64,000 bases of DNA from an uncultured Bacteroidales bacterium. GTDB lineage: Bacteria > Bacteroidota > Bacteroidia > Bacteroidales > UBA932. Shown in pieces: positions 26,962-37,528 of the stretch. Positions within the stretch are counted from its first letter, which is position 1. Each line of letters begins with the position of its first letter. A model generated the notes under the pieces. The model searched no databases, was not told the origin of the DNA, and saw only the letters and a program-made list of their open reading frames with translations. The translations under genes and the position numbers were made by a program. The stretch covers positions 7,903-71,902 of the forward strand of contig CAMYYI010000004.1 of NCBI GenBank assembly GCA_947303465.1. The letters are read 5' to 3'.

Positions 26962-28998
26962 ATGTCGGCAATAAAAACTTGTGTAGCTGCCCTGCTACCA
27001 GCGAAAGCCAGGAGGCCAAAGGGCGCCCTTCGGCTAAAGAACTCTCTGCGGCCAACAATGACTGTGCTGTCGTTGCTTCTGCTGCTCGCGAAACCGCTAC
27101 CGGCCGGGGCGCAGCCGTGGCAGGAAACGAGCCTCAGGGACATACACCCGGAGGGGTGGCTCAAAGAACAACTTATAAAACAGAAAGATGGCCTTACGGG
27201 TCATCCGGAGGCGCTTTCGTATCCCTACAATACCTGCCTCTGGGCAGGCGAGATTCCCCGCATGGGAACACACGGGCAGGACTGGTGGCGTTATGAGCAG
27301 ACGGCCTACTACACGGACGGCCTGCTTCGCCTCGGCTACCTCCTGGACGACAAAACGTTCATAGAAAAAGGTGAAGCCGGCATAAGCTATACTCTTGAGC
27401 ATCCATGGGAAAACGGCCGTCTCGGGTCCAAACTGGTGGAATACACCTGGCCCTCCGCCGTCTTCTTCCGTGCAATCAAGGCGGAGTATGACGTTAACCG
27501 CGACCCGGCCATCCTCAAGGCGCTGCAGCGACACTATCACTCCATACCCCTCGGCCAGCTGGTGCGCAAGCGCGACATTATATCCATAGAAGGAATGCTC
27601 TGGACCGCCTCAAAAACAGGGGACAAGGCCCTTGTGGAAAGGGCTGATTCGGCATTCCGCATGCGCAAGGAGCTGACAGCAGGCAGAAAACTCAGTCGCG
27701 ACGACCGCGTGACTCCGGAGTTCTTAAACAGCCCGGAACCGTACAACATGCACGGCGTTACCATGAGCGAAATCCTCAAATTGCCCATAATGCTTTACGC
27801 GGCCACAGCTGACAAATGGTACCGGCAATTGGGCGAGAACTCGCTACGCCGCCTCTACGATGAAGACGGTCTGCCGGACGGCTTGTTTACCAGTGCGGAG
27901 TGGCTGCAGGGCAGGAATATCCGCCATAGCCACGAGACCTGCAACGCCGTTGATATGAGCTGGACTCTCGGCTATTATCTGGAGATCCTCAAAGATCCCC
28001 GGTATGCCGACATGATAGAGAAAATAGTATTCAACGCCGGCTCGGGAAGCGTTACGGAAGATTTCAAGGCCCTGCAATACTATTCGTCTGTAAATCAGTT
28101 CATTGCGACAGGAACATCCAACCATAACAAGGACAATTACTGTTCTACCTGGATGGCCTACAGGCCCACTCACCAGACGGAGTGCTGTGCCGGCAACATA
28201 CACCGATTATACCCCAATTATGCGGCCAGGATGTGGCTTCGCGGAGACGGCGAAGCGGTGGCCGCCCTCTATGGCCCGTCCCGCTTCGTCTATAGCGACA
28301 AACTGAGCTTTGTTGAGCAGACGGAATATCCTTATGGACAGACAGTTACTATCACTGCTGAGGCCCGCAGGGGCAAGCAGCAGGCAAAGCTCACGCTGCG
28401 CATTCCGGGATGGTGCCGCGGAGCGTCTCTTACCCTGAACGGCAAGCCGTTGGAAGACATCTCTCCGGATTCCGGAACCTTCGTTACCGTTGACCGCAAG
28501 TGGGCGGGCGGCGACAAGCTTGTGCTCACTCTTCCCGTGCGCGCGGAGAAAATGGACGCGTACGGCGGGGGAGTGTGGTTCGAACGCGGCCCGCTGTTGT
28601 ACAGCTATGCGATTCCGGCCGAGTTCCGCAAAGACACAGTCCGCTATGCCAACATGAACGGAAAGTATCCCGAGGACGATGAAGCCTTCCCTTGCTGGGA
28701 CATTCGTCCAAATGGCGCCTGGAATTACGCGGTTGAGGAAAACGTTGAACCGGAAGAGACAGATAACGGCCTGCGTATCAAGGTAATACCGATCAGGTGG
28801 GACTGGGACAGGGGGCCGAACGGAGAGCTGCTCACCCCGGACATTCCGGCCAATCCGGTTCCGTCCGGCGAGCCGCAGTATCTGGAGCTGACGCCTTACG
28901 GAAAAACCACCCTGCGCCTGACAGTATTTCCTGTGTTGAGAAAGGGGGAAGTCACAAAAGCGCCCCAGGCAATGAAAGGCCCCTCCGGACCACAGTAA
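26962..28998 (+). CDS. GH127/GH146-like glycoside hydrolase (beta-L-arabinofuranosidase family)
   Basis: IHPEGWLKEQL..Q.DGLTG, HGV, HETCNAVD, ECCAGN, TEYPY, LRIPGW; the start may instead be MTVLSLLL at 27058. Confidence 0.8.
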   Translation: MSAIKTCVAALLPAKARRPKGALRLKNSLRPTMTVLSLLLLLAKPLPAGAQPWQETSLRDIHPEGWLKEQLIKQKDGLTGHPEALSYPYNTCLWAGEIPRMGTHGQDWWRYEQTAYYTDGLLRLGYLLDDKTFIEKGEAGISYTLEHPWENGRLGSKLVEYTWPSAVFFRAIKAEYDVNRDPAILKALQRHYHSIPLGQLVRKRDIISIEGMLWTASKTGDKALVERADSAFRMRKELTAGRKLSRDDRVTPEFLNSPEPYNMHGVTMSEILKLPIMLYAATADKWYRQLGENSLRRLYDEDGLPDGLFTSAEWLQGRNIRHSHETCNAVDMSWTLGYYLEILKDPRYADMIEKIVFNAGSGSVTEDFKALQYYSSVNQFIATGTSNHNKDNYCSTWMAYRPTHQTECCAGNIHRLYPNYAARMWLRGDGEAVAALYGPSRFVYSDKLSFVEQTEYPYGQTVTITAEARRGKQQAKLTLRIPGWCRGASLTLNGKPLEDISPDSGTFVTVDRKWAGGDKLVLTLPVRAEKMDAYGGGVWFERGPLLYSYAIPAEFRKDTVRYANMNGKYPEDDEAFPCWDIRPNGAWNYAVEENVEPEETDNGLRIKVIPIRWDWDRGPNGELLTPDIPANPVPSGEPQYLELTPYGKTTLRLTVFPVLRKGEVTKAPQAMKGPSGPQ

Positions 28999-29047
28999 AC
29001 CACTGCAAAAAAGCCTGATTTTTCTTGCAATTATACCTCTATTTTTT

Positions 29048-29055
29048 TAGATTTG
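29048..29055 (+). promoter_or_regulatory. TAnnTTTG promoter element heading the GH97-to-sufCD gene run
   Basis: TAGATTTG about 25 nt before ATG 29080; downstream genes overlap or lie close together. Confidence 0.55.
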
Positions 29056-29079
29056 TAATTCACAACAATAATCAGGCTT

Positions 29080-31704
29080 ATGACCGCGAAGCATTTTGCA
29101 CTGACCGCATTCCTTGTCACCATCTTGGCGACAGGTCTCTTCGCGGCGGAGAAACAATACAAATTGCAGTCTCCTTCCGGCGAACTGACCATAGAGATAA
29201 GCGCCGGGAAGCAGGCCTCCTGGGCCATAGACATGTGCGGCATACGCATCCTGGAGCCCTCTGAACTCTCGATGACCCTGGACGACGGAACCGTCTTCGG
29301 GCGGGACATGAAAGTCCGCAAGGCCGTACGCAGCAGCGTCAGCCGCATCGTAACCCCGGTCGTCTATCGCCGTTCCCAAGTAAACGAATCATACAACGAG
29401 CTGGTTCTCAAGAGCAACGGCTACTCAATAGTGTTCCGGGCTTATGACGACGGGGCCGCCTACCGCTTCGTGTCGGACCGCAAAGCCCCGTACAACGTTT
29501 TGTCGGAACAAGCTGCGTTCAGCTTCGGGCGGGACGCCAAAGGCTTCGTTCCTTATGTACGCAGGCGCGGAGAGGGCTACGAAGGTCAGTTCTTCAATTC
29601 CTTCGAATCCACCTATACGGTCACGGAAATCAGCAAGTGGGAGAGCGGACGTCTGGCATTCCTTCCCGTCACCCTGGATGCCCCGGCAGGCATGAAAGTC
29701 TGCATCACGGAGAGCGACCTTCTGGATTACCCCGGCATGTTCCTGTCCAACGAGGATGGCGACACGGCTCTGGAGGCGGTCTTCGCACCTTATCCCAAGG
29801 ATGTGAAGCAGGGCGGCCACAACATGCTGCAGGGCATAGTCAAGACCCGCGAGGACTATATTGCAAAGGCACAGGCGCAGGAAAGCTTCCCCTGGCGCAT
29901 AGTTATTGTGGCGAAAGAAGACAAGGACCTGCTTGCCTGCGACCTTCCATGGCTGCTGGGCCGCGAATCGCAGAAAGACATGGATTTCTCCTGGGTCAAG
30001 CCCGGGAAAGTTGCCTGGGACTGGTGGAACGACTGGAACGTGTACGGGGTTGACTTCAGATCGGGCGTCAATAACGATACATACAGGTACTACATCGACT
30101 TTGCTTCGAAGAATGGAATAGAATACGTCATCCTGGACGAGGGCTGGGCGGTGAACAAGAAGGCCGACCTCTTCCAGGTTGTGCCCGAGATAGACCTCCC
30201 CGGCCTTTGCAAGTATGCCGCGGAAAAGAACGTGGGTCTTATCCTCTGGGCAGGCTACCGGGCGTTCGACAAAGACATGGAGCGTGCCTGCAGGGAATAC
30301 TCGGAAATGGGGGTGAAGGGGTTCAAGGTGGACTTCATGGACCGTGACGACCAAGTCGTAGTGGATTTTTACCGTCGCGCTGCCGAAACCGCCGCCCGCT
30401 ATCACCTTATCCTGGACTTTCACGGGGCGTTCAAGCCGGCCGGACTGCAGCGCACCTGGCCTAACGTGGTGAACTTCGAGGGCGTTTACGGCCTGGAGAA
30501 CGTCAAGTGGGGCAAGCCGGAACTGGATCTCGTGACCTACGAGGCGACCATACCTTTCGTGCGTCTGGTTGCAGGCCCTTGCGACTATACCCAGGGAGCT
30601 ATGCGCAACGCCTCCCAGCCTAACTTCCGCGGCGTGAACTCCGAGGGCATGTCCCAAGGCACCCGATGCCGCCAGTTGGCGGAGTATATAATCTTCGACG
30701 CTCCTCTCACCATGCTGTGCGATTCCCCGTCCAATTATATGAAGGAGCCGGAGTGCCTTAAGTTCATAGCCGGAGTGCCGACCACCTGGGACGAGACCAT
30801 CGCTCTTGACGGCAAGGCGGGCGAGTATGCAGCGGTGGCCCGCAGGAAAGGAGATACCTGGTATGTGGGGGCCATTACTGACTGGAGTGCGCGCGAACTG
30901 GCGCTCGACCTTTCATATATCAAGGACGCCACCCTGGTAGAGATCTTCAGTGATGGAGTGAATTCCGACCGTGCTGCAAGGGACTACCAGCACCTATGGT
31001 GGGATTTCCCGGAAGCCGGTAAGTTGAAGATCAAAATGGCTCCGGGAGGAGGCTGGGCGGCTGTATTCCGCAAGGAGCCGGAGCCGTGGGGCAAGACAGA
31101 CAGCGATTGGGCGCGGTTCACTTATTACGAGCAGAAGAACACCAATGTCACATCGAAACCCAGGGCGGTGCTCTTCGGAGACTCCATAACCCGCAACTGG
31201 GCCCGGCTGGACCAGGAGTGGCTGGATGAACACAATTTCGTCGGCCGGGGCATAGGAGGGCAGACCACCATGCACCTGTTGTCGCGACTGCGCCCCGACG
31301 TGATAGAGCTCGATCCGGAATACATGGTGCTGCTCATAGGCATCAATGACATAGCCCGTAACAACGGCTACATAGCCGTGGAGAACACGTTCAAGAACAT
31401 AGTTTCCATGGTGGAGCTGGTTCAGGTACACGGAATCAAGCCGATAATGTGCACCCTCTGTCCAGCCAGGGAGATAGGCTGGCGCAAGCGGGTGGGAGAC
31501 CCGCGGCCGCAGATAGATCAACTGAACTCGCTCATAAAGGACTATGCGGCGGAGCATGGAATCCCCCTCGTAGATTATAATACCGCACTTCGCACGGATG
31601 ACGGCGCTATGGACGCCCGGTACGAAACCGATGCGGTGCATCCCAACCTGGCCGGGTATAAGGTCATGGAAAAAGCCCTTTTGGATATTTTGGAATCGTT
31701 ATGA
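29080..31704 (+). CDS. GH97 glycoside hydrolase fused to a C-terminal SGNH/GDSL esterase
   Basis: SWVKPGKVAWDWW, YIDFAS, LDEGW, GFKVDFMD, AGPCDYTQG; then GDSIT, GIGG, GIND, DAVHPN. Confidence 0.88.
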   Translation: MTAKHFALTAFLVTILATGLFAAEKQYKLQSPSGELTIEISAGKQASWAIDMCGIRILEPSELSMTLDDGTVFGRDMKVRKAVRSSVSRIVTPVVYRRSQVNESYNELVLKSNGYSIVFRAYDDGAAYRFVSDRKAPYNVLSEQAAFSFGRDAKGFVPYVRRRGEGYEGQFFNSFESTYTVTEISKWESGRLAFLPVTLDAPAGMKVCITESDLLDYPGMFLSNEDGDTALEAVFAPYPKDVKQGGHNMLQGIVKTREDYIAKAQAQESFPWRIVIVAKEDKDLLACDLPWLLGRESQKDMDFSWVKPGKVAWDWWNDWNVYGVDFRSGVNNDTYRYYIDFASKNGIEYVILDEGWAVNKKADLFQVVPEIDLPGLCKYAAEKNVGLILWAGYRAFDKDMERACREYSEMGVKGFKVDFMDRDDQVVVDFYRRAAETAARYHLILDFHGAFKPAGLQRTWPNVVNFEGVYGLENVKWGKPELDLVTYEATIPFVRLVAGPCDYTQGAMRNASQPNFRGVNSEGMSQGTRCRQLAEYIIFDAPLTMLCDSPSNYMKEPECLKFIAGVPTTWDETIALDGKAGEYAAVARRKGDTWYVGAITDWSARELALDLSYIKDATLVEIFSDGVNSDRAARDYQHLWWDFPEAGKLKIKMAPGGGWAAVFRKEPEPWGKTDSDWARFTYYEQKNTNVTSKPRAVLFGDSITRNWARLDQEWLDEHNFVGRGIGGQTTMHLLSRLRPDVIELDPEYMVLLIGINDIARNNGYIAVENTFKNIVSMVELVQVHGIKPIMCTLCPAREIGWRKRVGDPRPQIDQLNSLIKDYAAEHGIPLVDYNTALRTDDGAMDARYETDAVHPNLAGYKVMEKALLDILESL

Positions 31705-34229
31705 TAAAAGCATTTCCCATAGCCGCTGCGGCGGCTGCCCTCGCGCTCGCGTGCGCGTGTGAGATGACGGTCGAGCTTCAGGCACCTGAAGCGGAAACCA
31801 CTGTTCTCACCGTAGCTCTGGCAAATACCACCAGAACTACCCTCGGCCCCTCTGCCGGAGGAGAGCGCAAAGTGTACTGGTCCGACGGAGACCGGCTCTG
31901 CCTTAACGGCGTTACGTCGGATGCACTGGCGGACGTTCCCGCAGAATCGTCTTCAGCCACTTTCACCTTCGCTGGAGTGCTGAGCGCCCCCTACAAGCTG
32001 CTTTATCCGGCATCGTTCTACAAGAACGAGAGCACCATCACGCTGCCGGCGGTCCAGAGCTATGCCGCAGGCAGTTTCGCCCCCGGCGCCGAGCCTCTGG
32101 CCGGGTACACCGCTTCTGCCGGCGCCCCCGTCAGCCTTGGGCACCTCTGCTCCATCATCCAGATTTCCATCCTGAAAGATGCCGGTGTGGCGGTGGGCAA
32201 CATTGCCACCGTAAAGTTCAGCGGCAGGAACGGGGAGCAGGTGTGCGGCGACTTCACCATCGATTACGAGGCGCCCTCCATCTCTCCGGCCGGCAGCGGC
32301 AGTGAGCTCACTCTCAACGTGGGGCAGCCCCTGTCGGAATCCATCCCCCTGGACCTCTACCTCGTAGTGCCGTCGGGCAGCTACGATAACGGATTCACCG
32401 TGACGATAGAAGATGACGCCCAGCGCAGCATGGCCAAGATGAAGTCGTCCGCCATCACCCTGACGGCCGGCCGCCTGACCGCATTCCCGTCCTTCACCTT
32501 CGTGCCGTCTGCCTACGCTACCGAGTTTGAGCTGGACAGCGTGTACGAGGAGGTTCTGCTGCCGGACGACTTCAACGTCACCGGACGCGTGGTGGACAAC
32601 CTGGGCAACGGCCTTGAGGGAGTTGTCGTCTCCGACGGCATCAAGTGCGTGAAGACCATGATAGACGGCACGTTCTATATCGACAGCGCCATCGCCAACG
32701 TGAGTTATGTCTTCGTTAGCACGCCCACCGGGTACATGCCGGCGGTGTCGGGCGGCATTCCCCGCTTCTACAAGGCAAAAGCGGACGTAACCCCGGTCGG
32801 AGGCATATACGACTTCGGCGATTTTGTACTGACTCCCGTCGCCAACCCCAATCGTTTCACCCTTCTGATCACCGCCGACCCCCAGCCGAGGAAGAACAAC
32901 TGGTATATCGACAGGATTGCCTACAAGTCCCTGGATGTGTGCGACGACCTCTATCAGGAACTCTACGACGTGGCAAGTTCCATAGGCGGCCGCCAGGTCT
33001 ACGGCATCTGCCTGGGAGACATAGTGCACGAGTCCATGTCGCTGTACAGCAACTACGCAACCGCCCTTGGGACTCTGCCTTATCCTACATACAACGTCAT
33101 AGGCAATCATGACAACGATCCTGATGCAGCTGACGACGACGCGGCTGCGGCGACCTTCGAGTCTTACTTCGGCCCCCGCAATTACTCCTTCAACATAGGC
33201 GGCATACACTTCGTGGTGCTGGACAACCTGATGATGAAAGACAACGGAGAGGGCAAGCTCAGCGCCTTCGACCAGGGCCTCACAGACCAGAACTGGGCCT
33301 GGCTGCAGAACGACATGGCGATGATTCCCACCTCTACCACGGTTATGGTTTGCGCCCATTCCCCCATGTTCAAGCAGCAGAGCGGCAGCGAGCGCACCAA
33401 TACGGCTTATCATGCCGGCACCCGCAGCGACAAGGACGGCGGTGCCTTCGGCTATGGCGACCTCTTCGACAAATACACCGAGGTACATGCCTGGGCCGGC
33501 CACACGCACAGCGGCTTCAACTACATCTACGCGAGCAATCACCGCCACAAACGCATCCAGGTGCATACCCTGGCCCGCTCCACCGGCGAGCTCTGGACCA
33601 ACGACTACCTTGCCAACGGAACCCCGCGCGGTTTCACCGTGGTGGAGGTTGATAATGGCAACATAAGTTGGAAGTTCCATCCCGTGACCCGCCAGAGGGG
33701 TGCGTTCCAGGGCGTAACTTCCGGTTTCTGCCCCGCGGGCGCTCCTGCGTACGAGTGGCGCGCCTGGGATTACAACGGCAGCGGCGTGGCTGTAATGAAA
33801 GCCGGAGGCGGAGCCCTTGACGAGAGCTATCAGATGAACGTTTATCCTCGCGGAGCATACGGCGACAATTGCGTTTATGCAAACGTCTTCCTCTGGGACG
33901 AGAAGTGGGAGAACCCCGTGTGGACCCCGGACGGCGGCGCCCCGGTGGAAATGACCAGAATCTATTCCGCAGACAAACACGACATCATTCCCGATGTGGA
34001 GAATGTTTATGACATGGGCGACACCGAGTTCCGGACATGGTACAAGACATATGCCGACGTATCCGGCGCAAGCCTTCACGACATGGACGGATACACCCCC
34101 GTCGCCACCGAGTCCGACGGCAAGATAACAACCCTCTTCCGAGCTCCGGCTGCAGCCAGCCCCAGCAGCGGCACCGTAAGCGTGACCGACCGCTTCGGCA
34201 ACGTGTATTCCTGCAACGTTTCATGGTAA
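31701..34229 (+). CDS. Lipoprotein: fimbrillin-like N-domain + calcineurin-like metallophosphoesterase
   Basis: TTRT..KVYWSDGD; GVVVSDG; ADPQ, LGDIVH, IGNHD, AHSP, AGHTH; ends DRFGNVYSCNVSW. Confidence 0.85.
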   Translation: MIKAFPIAAAAAALALACACEMTVELQAPEAETTVLTVALANTTRTTLGPSAGGERKVYWSDGDRLCLNGVTSDALADVPAESSSATFTFAGVLSAPYKLLYPASFYKNESTITLPAVQSYAAGSFAPGAEPLAGYTASAGAPVSLGHLCSIIQISILKDAGVAVGNIATVKFSGRNGEQVCGDFTIDYEAPSISPAGSGSELTLNVGQPLSESIPLDLYLVVPSGSYDNGFTVTIEDDAQRSMAKMKSSAITLTAGRLTAFPSFTFVPSAYATEFELDSVYEEVLLPDDFNVTGRVVDNLGNGLEGVVVSDGIKCVKTMIDGTFYIDSAIANVSYVFVSTPTGYMPAVSGGIPRFYKAKADVTPVGGIYDFGDFVLTPVANPNRFTLLITADPQPRKNNWYIDRIAYKSLDVCDDLYQELYDVASSIGGRQVYGICLGDIVHESMSLYSNYATALGTLPYPTYNVIGNHDNDPDAADDDAAAATFESYFGPRNYSFNIGGIHFVVLDNLMMKDNGEGKLSAFDQGLTDQNWAWLQNDMAMIPTSTTVMVCAHSPMFKQQSGSERTNTAYHAGTRSDKDGGAFGYGDLFDKYTEVHAWAGHTHSGFNYIYASNHRHKRIQVHTLARSTGELWTNDYLANGTPRGFTVVEVDNGNISWKFHPVTRQRGAFQGVTSGFCPAGAPAYEWRAWDYNGSGVAVMKAGGGALDESYQMNVYPRGAYGDNCVYANVFLWDEKWENPVWTPDGGAPVEMTRIYSADKHDIIPDVENVYDMGDTEFRTWYKTYADVSGASLHDMDGYTPVATESDGKITTLFRAPAAASPSSGTVSVTDRFGNVYSCNVSW

Positions 34230-34251
34230 CAACGAAAACCAAATACACCAA

Positions 34252-37200
34252 ATGAAAAGATTATTGTTAATCCTGACGGTTCTGCTTCTGCTGCCTGCTA
34301 TGCTGGCGGCCCAGAACCAGAAGACATGGTCAGGCGTCGTGGTGGACGCGAACGGAGATCCGATTCCCGGAGTGGCAGTATTCATTGCCGGGTCGGTGTC
34401 CGGCGGCTCCATCACGGACGTTAACGGCGCATATTCCATTGCCGCCGACGCCGACGCCGACATTCAGTTCGCCTGCCTGGGCTACGAAACGGTAACGCTC
34501 AAGGCGTCGTCCGCCCAGATGAAGCGGGTGGAAATGAAAGACGAGGCCGAGCTGCTCCAGCAGGCCGTGGTCACGGCCCTCGGTATCAAGAGGGACGAGA
34601 AGGCCATCGGTTATTCCGCCCAGAAGGTGGAGGGCGAAAAGTTCTCCAACTCCGCTACCACCGGCAACTGGCTCAACGGTATCTCCGGTCAGGTCGCCGG
34701 TCTTAACATAGACCGAAGCAGCGGCCCCGAGGGCTCCATGCGAGTCACGGTCCGAGGCGAGTCTTCGGCCAGCCTGGAGAACAATACCGCCCTGTTCGTG
34801 GTTGACGGCGTGCCCATGTACAACACCGCAACCCAGTCCGACGCCGGCGGCGAGGGCAGCTCCTTCGCCATCGACTACGGTAACGGTCTTGCCGATATCG
34901 ACCCGGAGAACATCGAGAGCGTGACGGTGCTTAAGGGCGCCGCCGCAACCGCCCTCTATGGTTCCCAGGCCGCCAACGGCGCCATCATCATCACCACCAA
35001 GAGCGCCGAGAGCCAGGATGCCGTGTTCAGCGTGAGCTACAAGTCCAGCTTCGCCGCCGACGTGCTGCTCAGCTCCCCGGACCTGCAGTACGAATACGGC
35101 CAGGGCTCGGCGGGACAGGATTACTATTACTACCTGGTTTCCGGCGAGGGCGACGACGTAGCGGGCCTCAATCCTCGTTCCGATCTCAGCACCACCACAA
35201 CCCTTGAGTCCTGGGGTCCCAAGATCGACGGCACTCTTTACTATCAGTACTATAATGTCGATAAAGGGATAGGCGGCCATGTGAACGAGTTCGGCGACTT
35301 CGTGCGCGACGCCACGCCGTTCACCAGCTACGGCGACTGGTTCAAGGATTACTTCCAGACCGGCAAGACCTTCTCCAACTCCATCGTGATGTCCGGCAAG
35401 ATAGGAAAAGACAACAGCGTGCGTGTGGGCTATACCAACAACACTTCTACCGGCATAGTGCCCAACTCTCCGAGCATGACCAACTACATCTCGGTGAGAA
35501 CGAACAGCAAGCTGGCCAAGTGGCTCAAGATGGACACCTCTGTGAACTACCGCAGCCTCAAGAGGGACAACATCCCCACGTCTTCCGGTTACGGCTCCAC
35601 CGCCATCATGTACAGCCTCTGGTGCTATGCCCCTACGGTAGACATGAACTGGGTGTCCAATTACTGGAAAGACCCTGCAGCTTTCCAGCAGGACGCCTCC
35701 CTCACCGGCGGCAAGAACAACGCCTACTTCCTCGCGAACGAGTGTATCAACGACCAGATGCGTGACCGTATGTACGGCAACGTGTCGTTCAATGCCGACA
35801 TTGCCAAGGGCCTCACCCTCACCGCCCGCGGCGGTCTGGATATCACCTCCGAGTTCCGTTCCCAGCGTCAGGCGACCTCTACCCAGGCCAAGCCGGACGG
35901 CTGGTACCGTGAGCAGGCTATCACATCCAAGCAGTACTCCGGCGACTTCCTGTTGAGGTACAACACCCACTTCGGTGCAGATTTCGACTTCACGGGCAAC
36001 TTCGGCGGCAGCATCATCTGGCGCAGCTACAGCAACCACACGCAGACCGCCAGTACCCTAAAGATTCCCGGAGTGTATTCGCTCATCAACGCATCCTACG
36101 AACCCAAGACGGCCAACAACTCCTACGAGCGCCAGACCAACTCGCTTTACGGAATGCTCTCGCTGGCCTGGAAGAACGCGGTGTTCCTGGATATCACCGG
36201 CCGTAACGACTGGTCCAGCACCCTCCCTGCCAACAACCGCTCGTTCTTCTATCCTTCCGTGTCCGGAAGCGTGGCGCTCAACGACCTCTTCGAGTTCGGC
36301 CGCACCAACGGTCTCATCAACCTGATGAAGATACGTGCTTCCTGGGCGCAGGTGGGTAACGATACAGCACCGTACCGCGTGGCCGACTACCTGCAGGGCA
36401 CCGGCTTCCCCGGCACCGTCCAGATCCAGTCGTCCAAATCCAACACCGACCTCCGTCCGGAGATCGTGAGCTCATGGGAGGTGGGTCTTGAGCTCCGTAT
36501 GTTCAAGAACCGCCTGTCCTTCGACGCCGCCTACTACGACTCCGTTACCAAGGACCTCATCTCGCAGATGCCGGTATCCTATGCCAACGGCGTCAACTTC
36601 ATGTACGTGAACGCCGGTTCCATCCGCAACCGCGGTATAGAGCTCACCCTGGGCGGCACGCTCATCAAGAAGCGCGACTTCCAGTGGAAGGTAAGCTCCA
36701 ACTTCACCATGAACAAGAACACCGTGGTGTCGCTGGGAGAGGGCATAGACCAGTGGATCATAGCTTCCTACAGCACCCACGCCTACATGATCGCATACGA
36801 GGGCGGCAGCCTTACCTCAATGTACGGCAAGGGCTACGTCCGCGCACCGGAAGGCTCCACCGCCATCGACGCCAACGGCAACATGGTCGATGTCTCCGGC
36901 CTGCTGGTCCTGGACAAGCAGAACGTACCGCAGACCGGTACCGAGCTCCAGTATCTGGGAGAGGCGGCACCTCTGTGGAAGGCCGGTTTCAACACAAGCC
37001 TCAAGTACAAGGACCTGGAATTCCATGTGAGCATGGACGGCCAGATGGGAGGCCACGTGTTCTCCTACACCAACTGGGTGCTCAACTACCGTGGCAAGGG
37101 CCTTGCCACCCTGGAAGGCCGCGAGGGCGGCATGGTGCCGCTTGGCGTACGTGAGACGGAAGACGGCAACTATGTGCTCAACACAGATGCCATCGCCCGC

Positions 37201-37515
37201 GAGAACATCGCCACCTACTACCACAACAAGTACGAGCAGACCAACGGAGAGGCCAACTTCGTGAGCACGAAGTTCCTCAAGATCCGTGAGGTCCGTCTCG
37301 ACTACTCCCTCCCCAAGAAGCTGCTGGCCCGTACCAAGGTGCTCAGCGGCGTAACTTTCTCCGCTTTCGCCAACAACCTCTGGTGCTGGACAGACTTCCC
37401 CGGATGGGATCCTGAGGGCGTGACCATGCGCGGAAGCGCAGTCATCCCGGGATTCGAAATCCTGCAGATGCCTTCCGCCGCCCAGTTCGGTGCGTCAGTA
37501 AACCTTGTATTCTAA
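34252..37515 (+). CDS. susC: SusC/RagA TonB-dependent transporter
   Basis: VVTALGIKR, LFVVDGVP, DIDPENIESVTVLKGAAATALYGSQAANGAIIITTK, RNDWSSTLP; terminal F. Confidence 0.95.
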   Translation: MKRLLLILTVLLLLPAMLAAQNQKTWSGVVVDANGDPIPGVAVFIAGSVSGGSITDVNGAYSIAADADADIQFACLGYETVTLKASSAQMKRVEMKDEAELLQQAVVTALGIKRDEKAIGYSAQKVEGEKFSNSATTGNWLNGISGQVAGLNIDRSSGPEGSMRVTVRGESSASLENNTALFVVDGVPMYNTATQSDAGGEGSSFAIDYGNGLADIDPENIESVTVLKGAAATALYGSQAANGAIIITTKSAESQDAVFSVSYKSSFAADVLLSSPDLQYEYGQGSAGQDYYYYLVSGEGDDVAGLNPRSDLSTTTTLESWGPKIDGTLYYQYYNVDKGIGGHVNEFGDFVRDATPFTSYGDWFKDYFQTGKTFSNSIVMSGKIGKDNSVRVGYTNNTSTGIVPNSPSMTNYISVRTNSKLAKWLKMDTSVNYRSLKRDNIPTSSGYGSTAIMYSLWCYAPTVDMNWVSNYWKDPAAFQQDASLTGGKNNAYFLANECINDQMRDRMYGNVSFNADIAKGLTLTARGGLDITSEFRSQRQATSTQAKPDGWYREQAITSKQYSGDFLLRYNTHFGADFDFTGNFGGSIIWRSYSNHTQTASTLKIPGVYSLINASYEPKTANNSYERQTNSLYGMLSLAWKNAVFLDITGRNDWSSTLPANNRSFFYPSVSGSVALNDLFEFGRTNGLINLMKIRASWAQVGNDTAPYRVADYLQGTGFPGTVQIQSSKSNTDLRPEIVSSWEVGLELRMFKNRLSFDAAYYDSVTKDLISQMPVSYANGVNFMYVNAGSIRNRGIELTLGGTLIKKRDFQWKVSSNFTMNKNTVVSLGEGIDQWIIASYSTHAYMIAYEGGSLTSMYGKGYVRAPEGSTAIDANGNMVDVSGLLVLDKQNVPQTGTELQYLGEAAPLWKAGFNTSLKYKDLEFHVSMDGQMGGHVFSYTNWVLNYRGKGLATLEGREGGMVPLGVRETEDGNYVLNTDAIARENIATYYHNKYEQTNGEANFVSTKFLKIREVRLDYSLPKKLLARTKVLSGVTFSAFANNLWCWTDFPGWDPEGVTMRGSAVIPGFEILQMPSAAQFGASVNLVF

Positions 37516-37528
37516 TGGAGGACAGATT

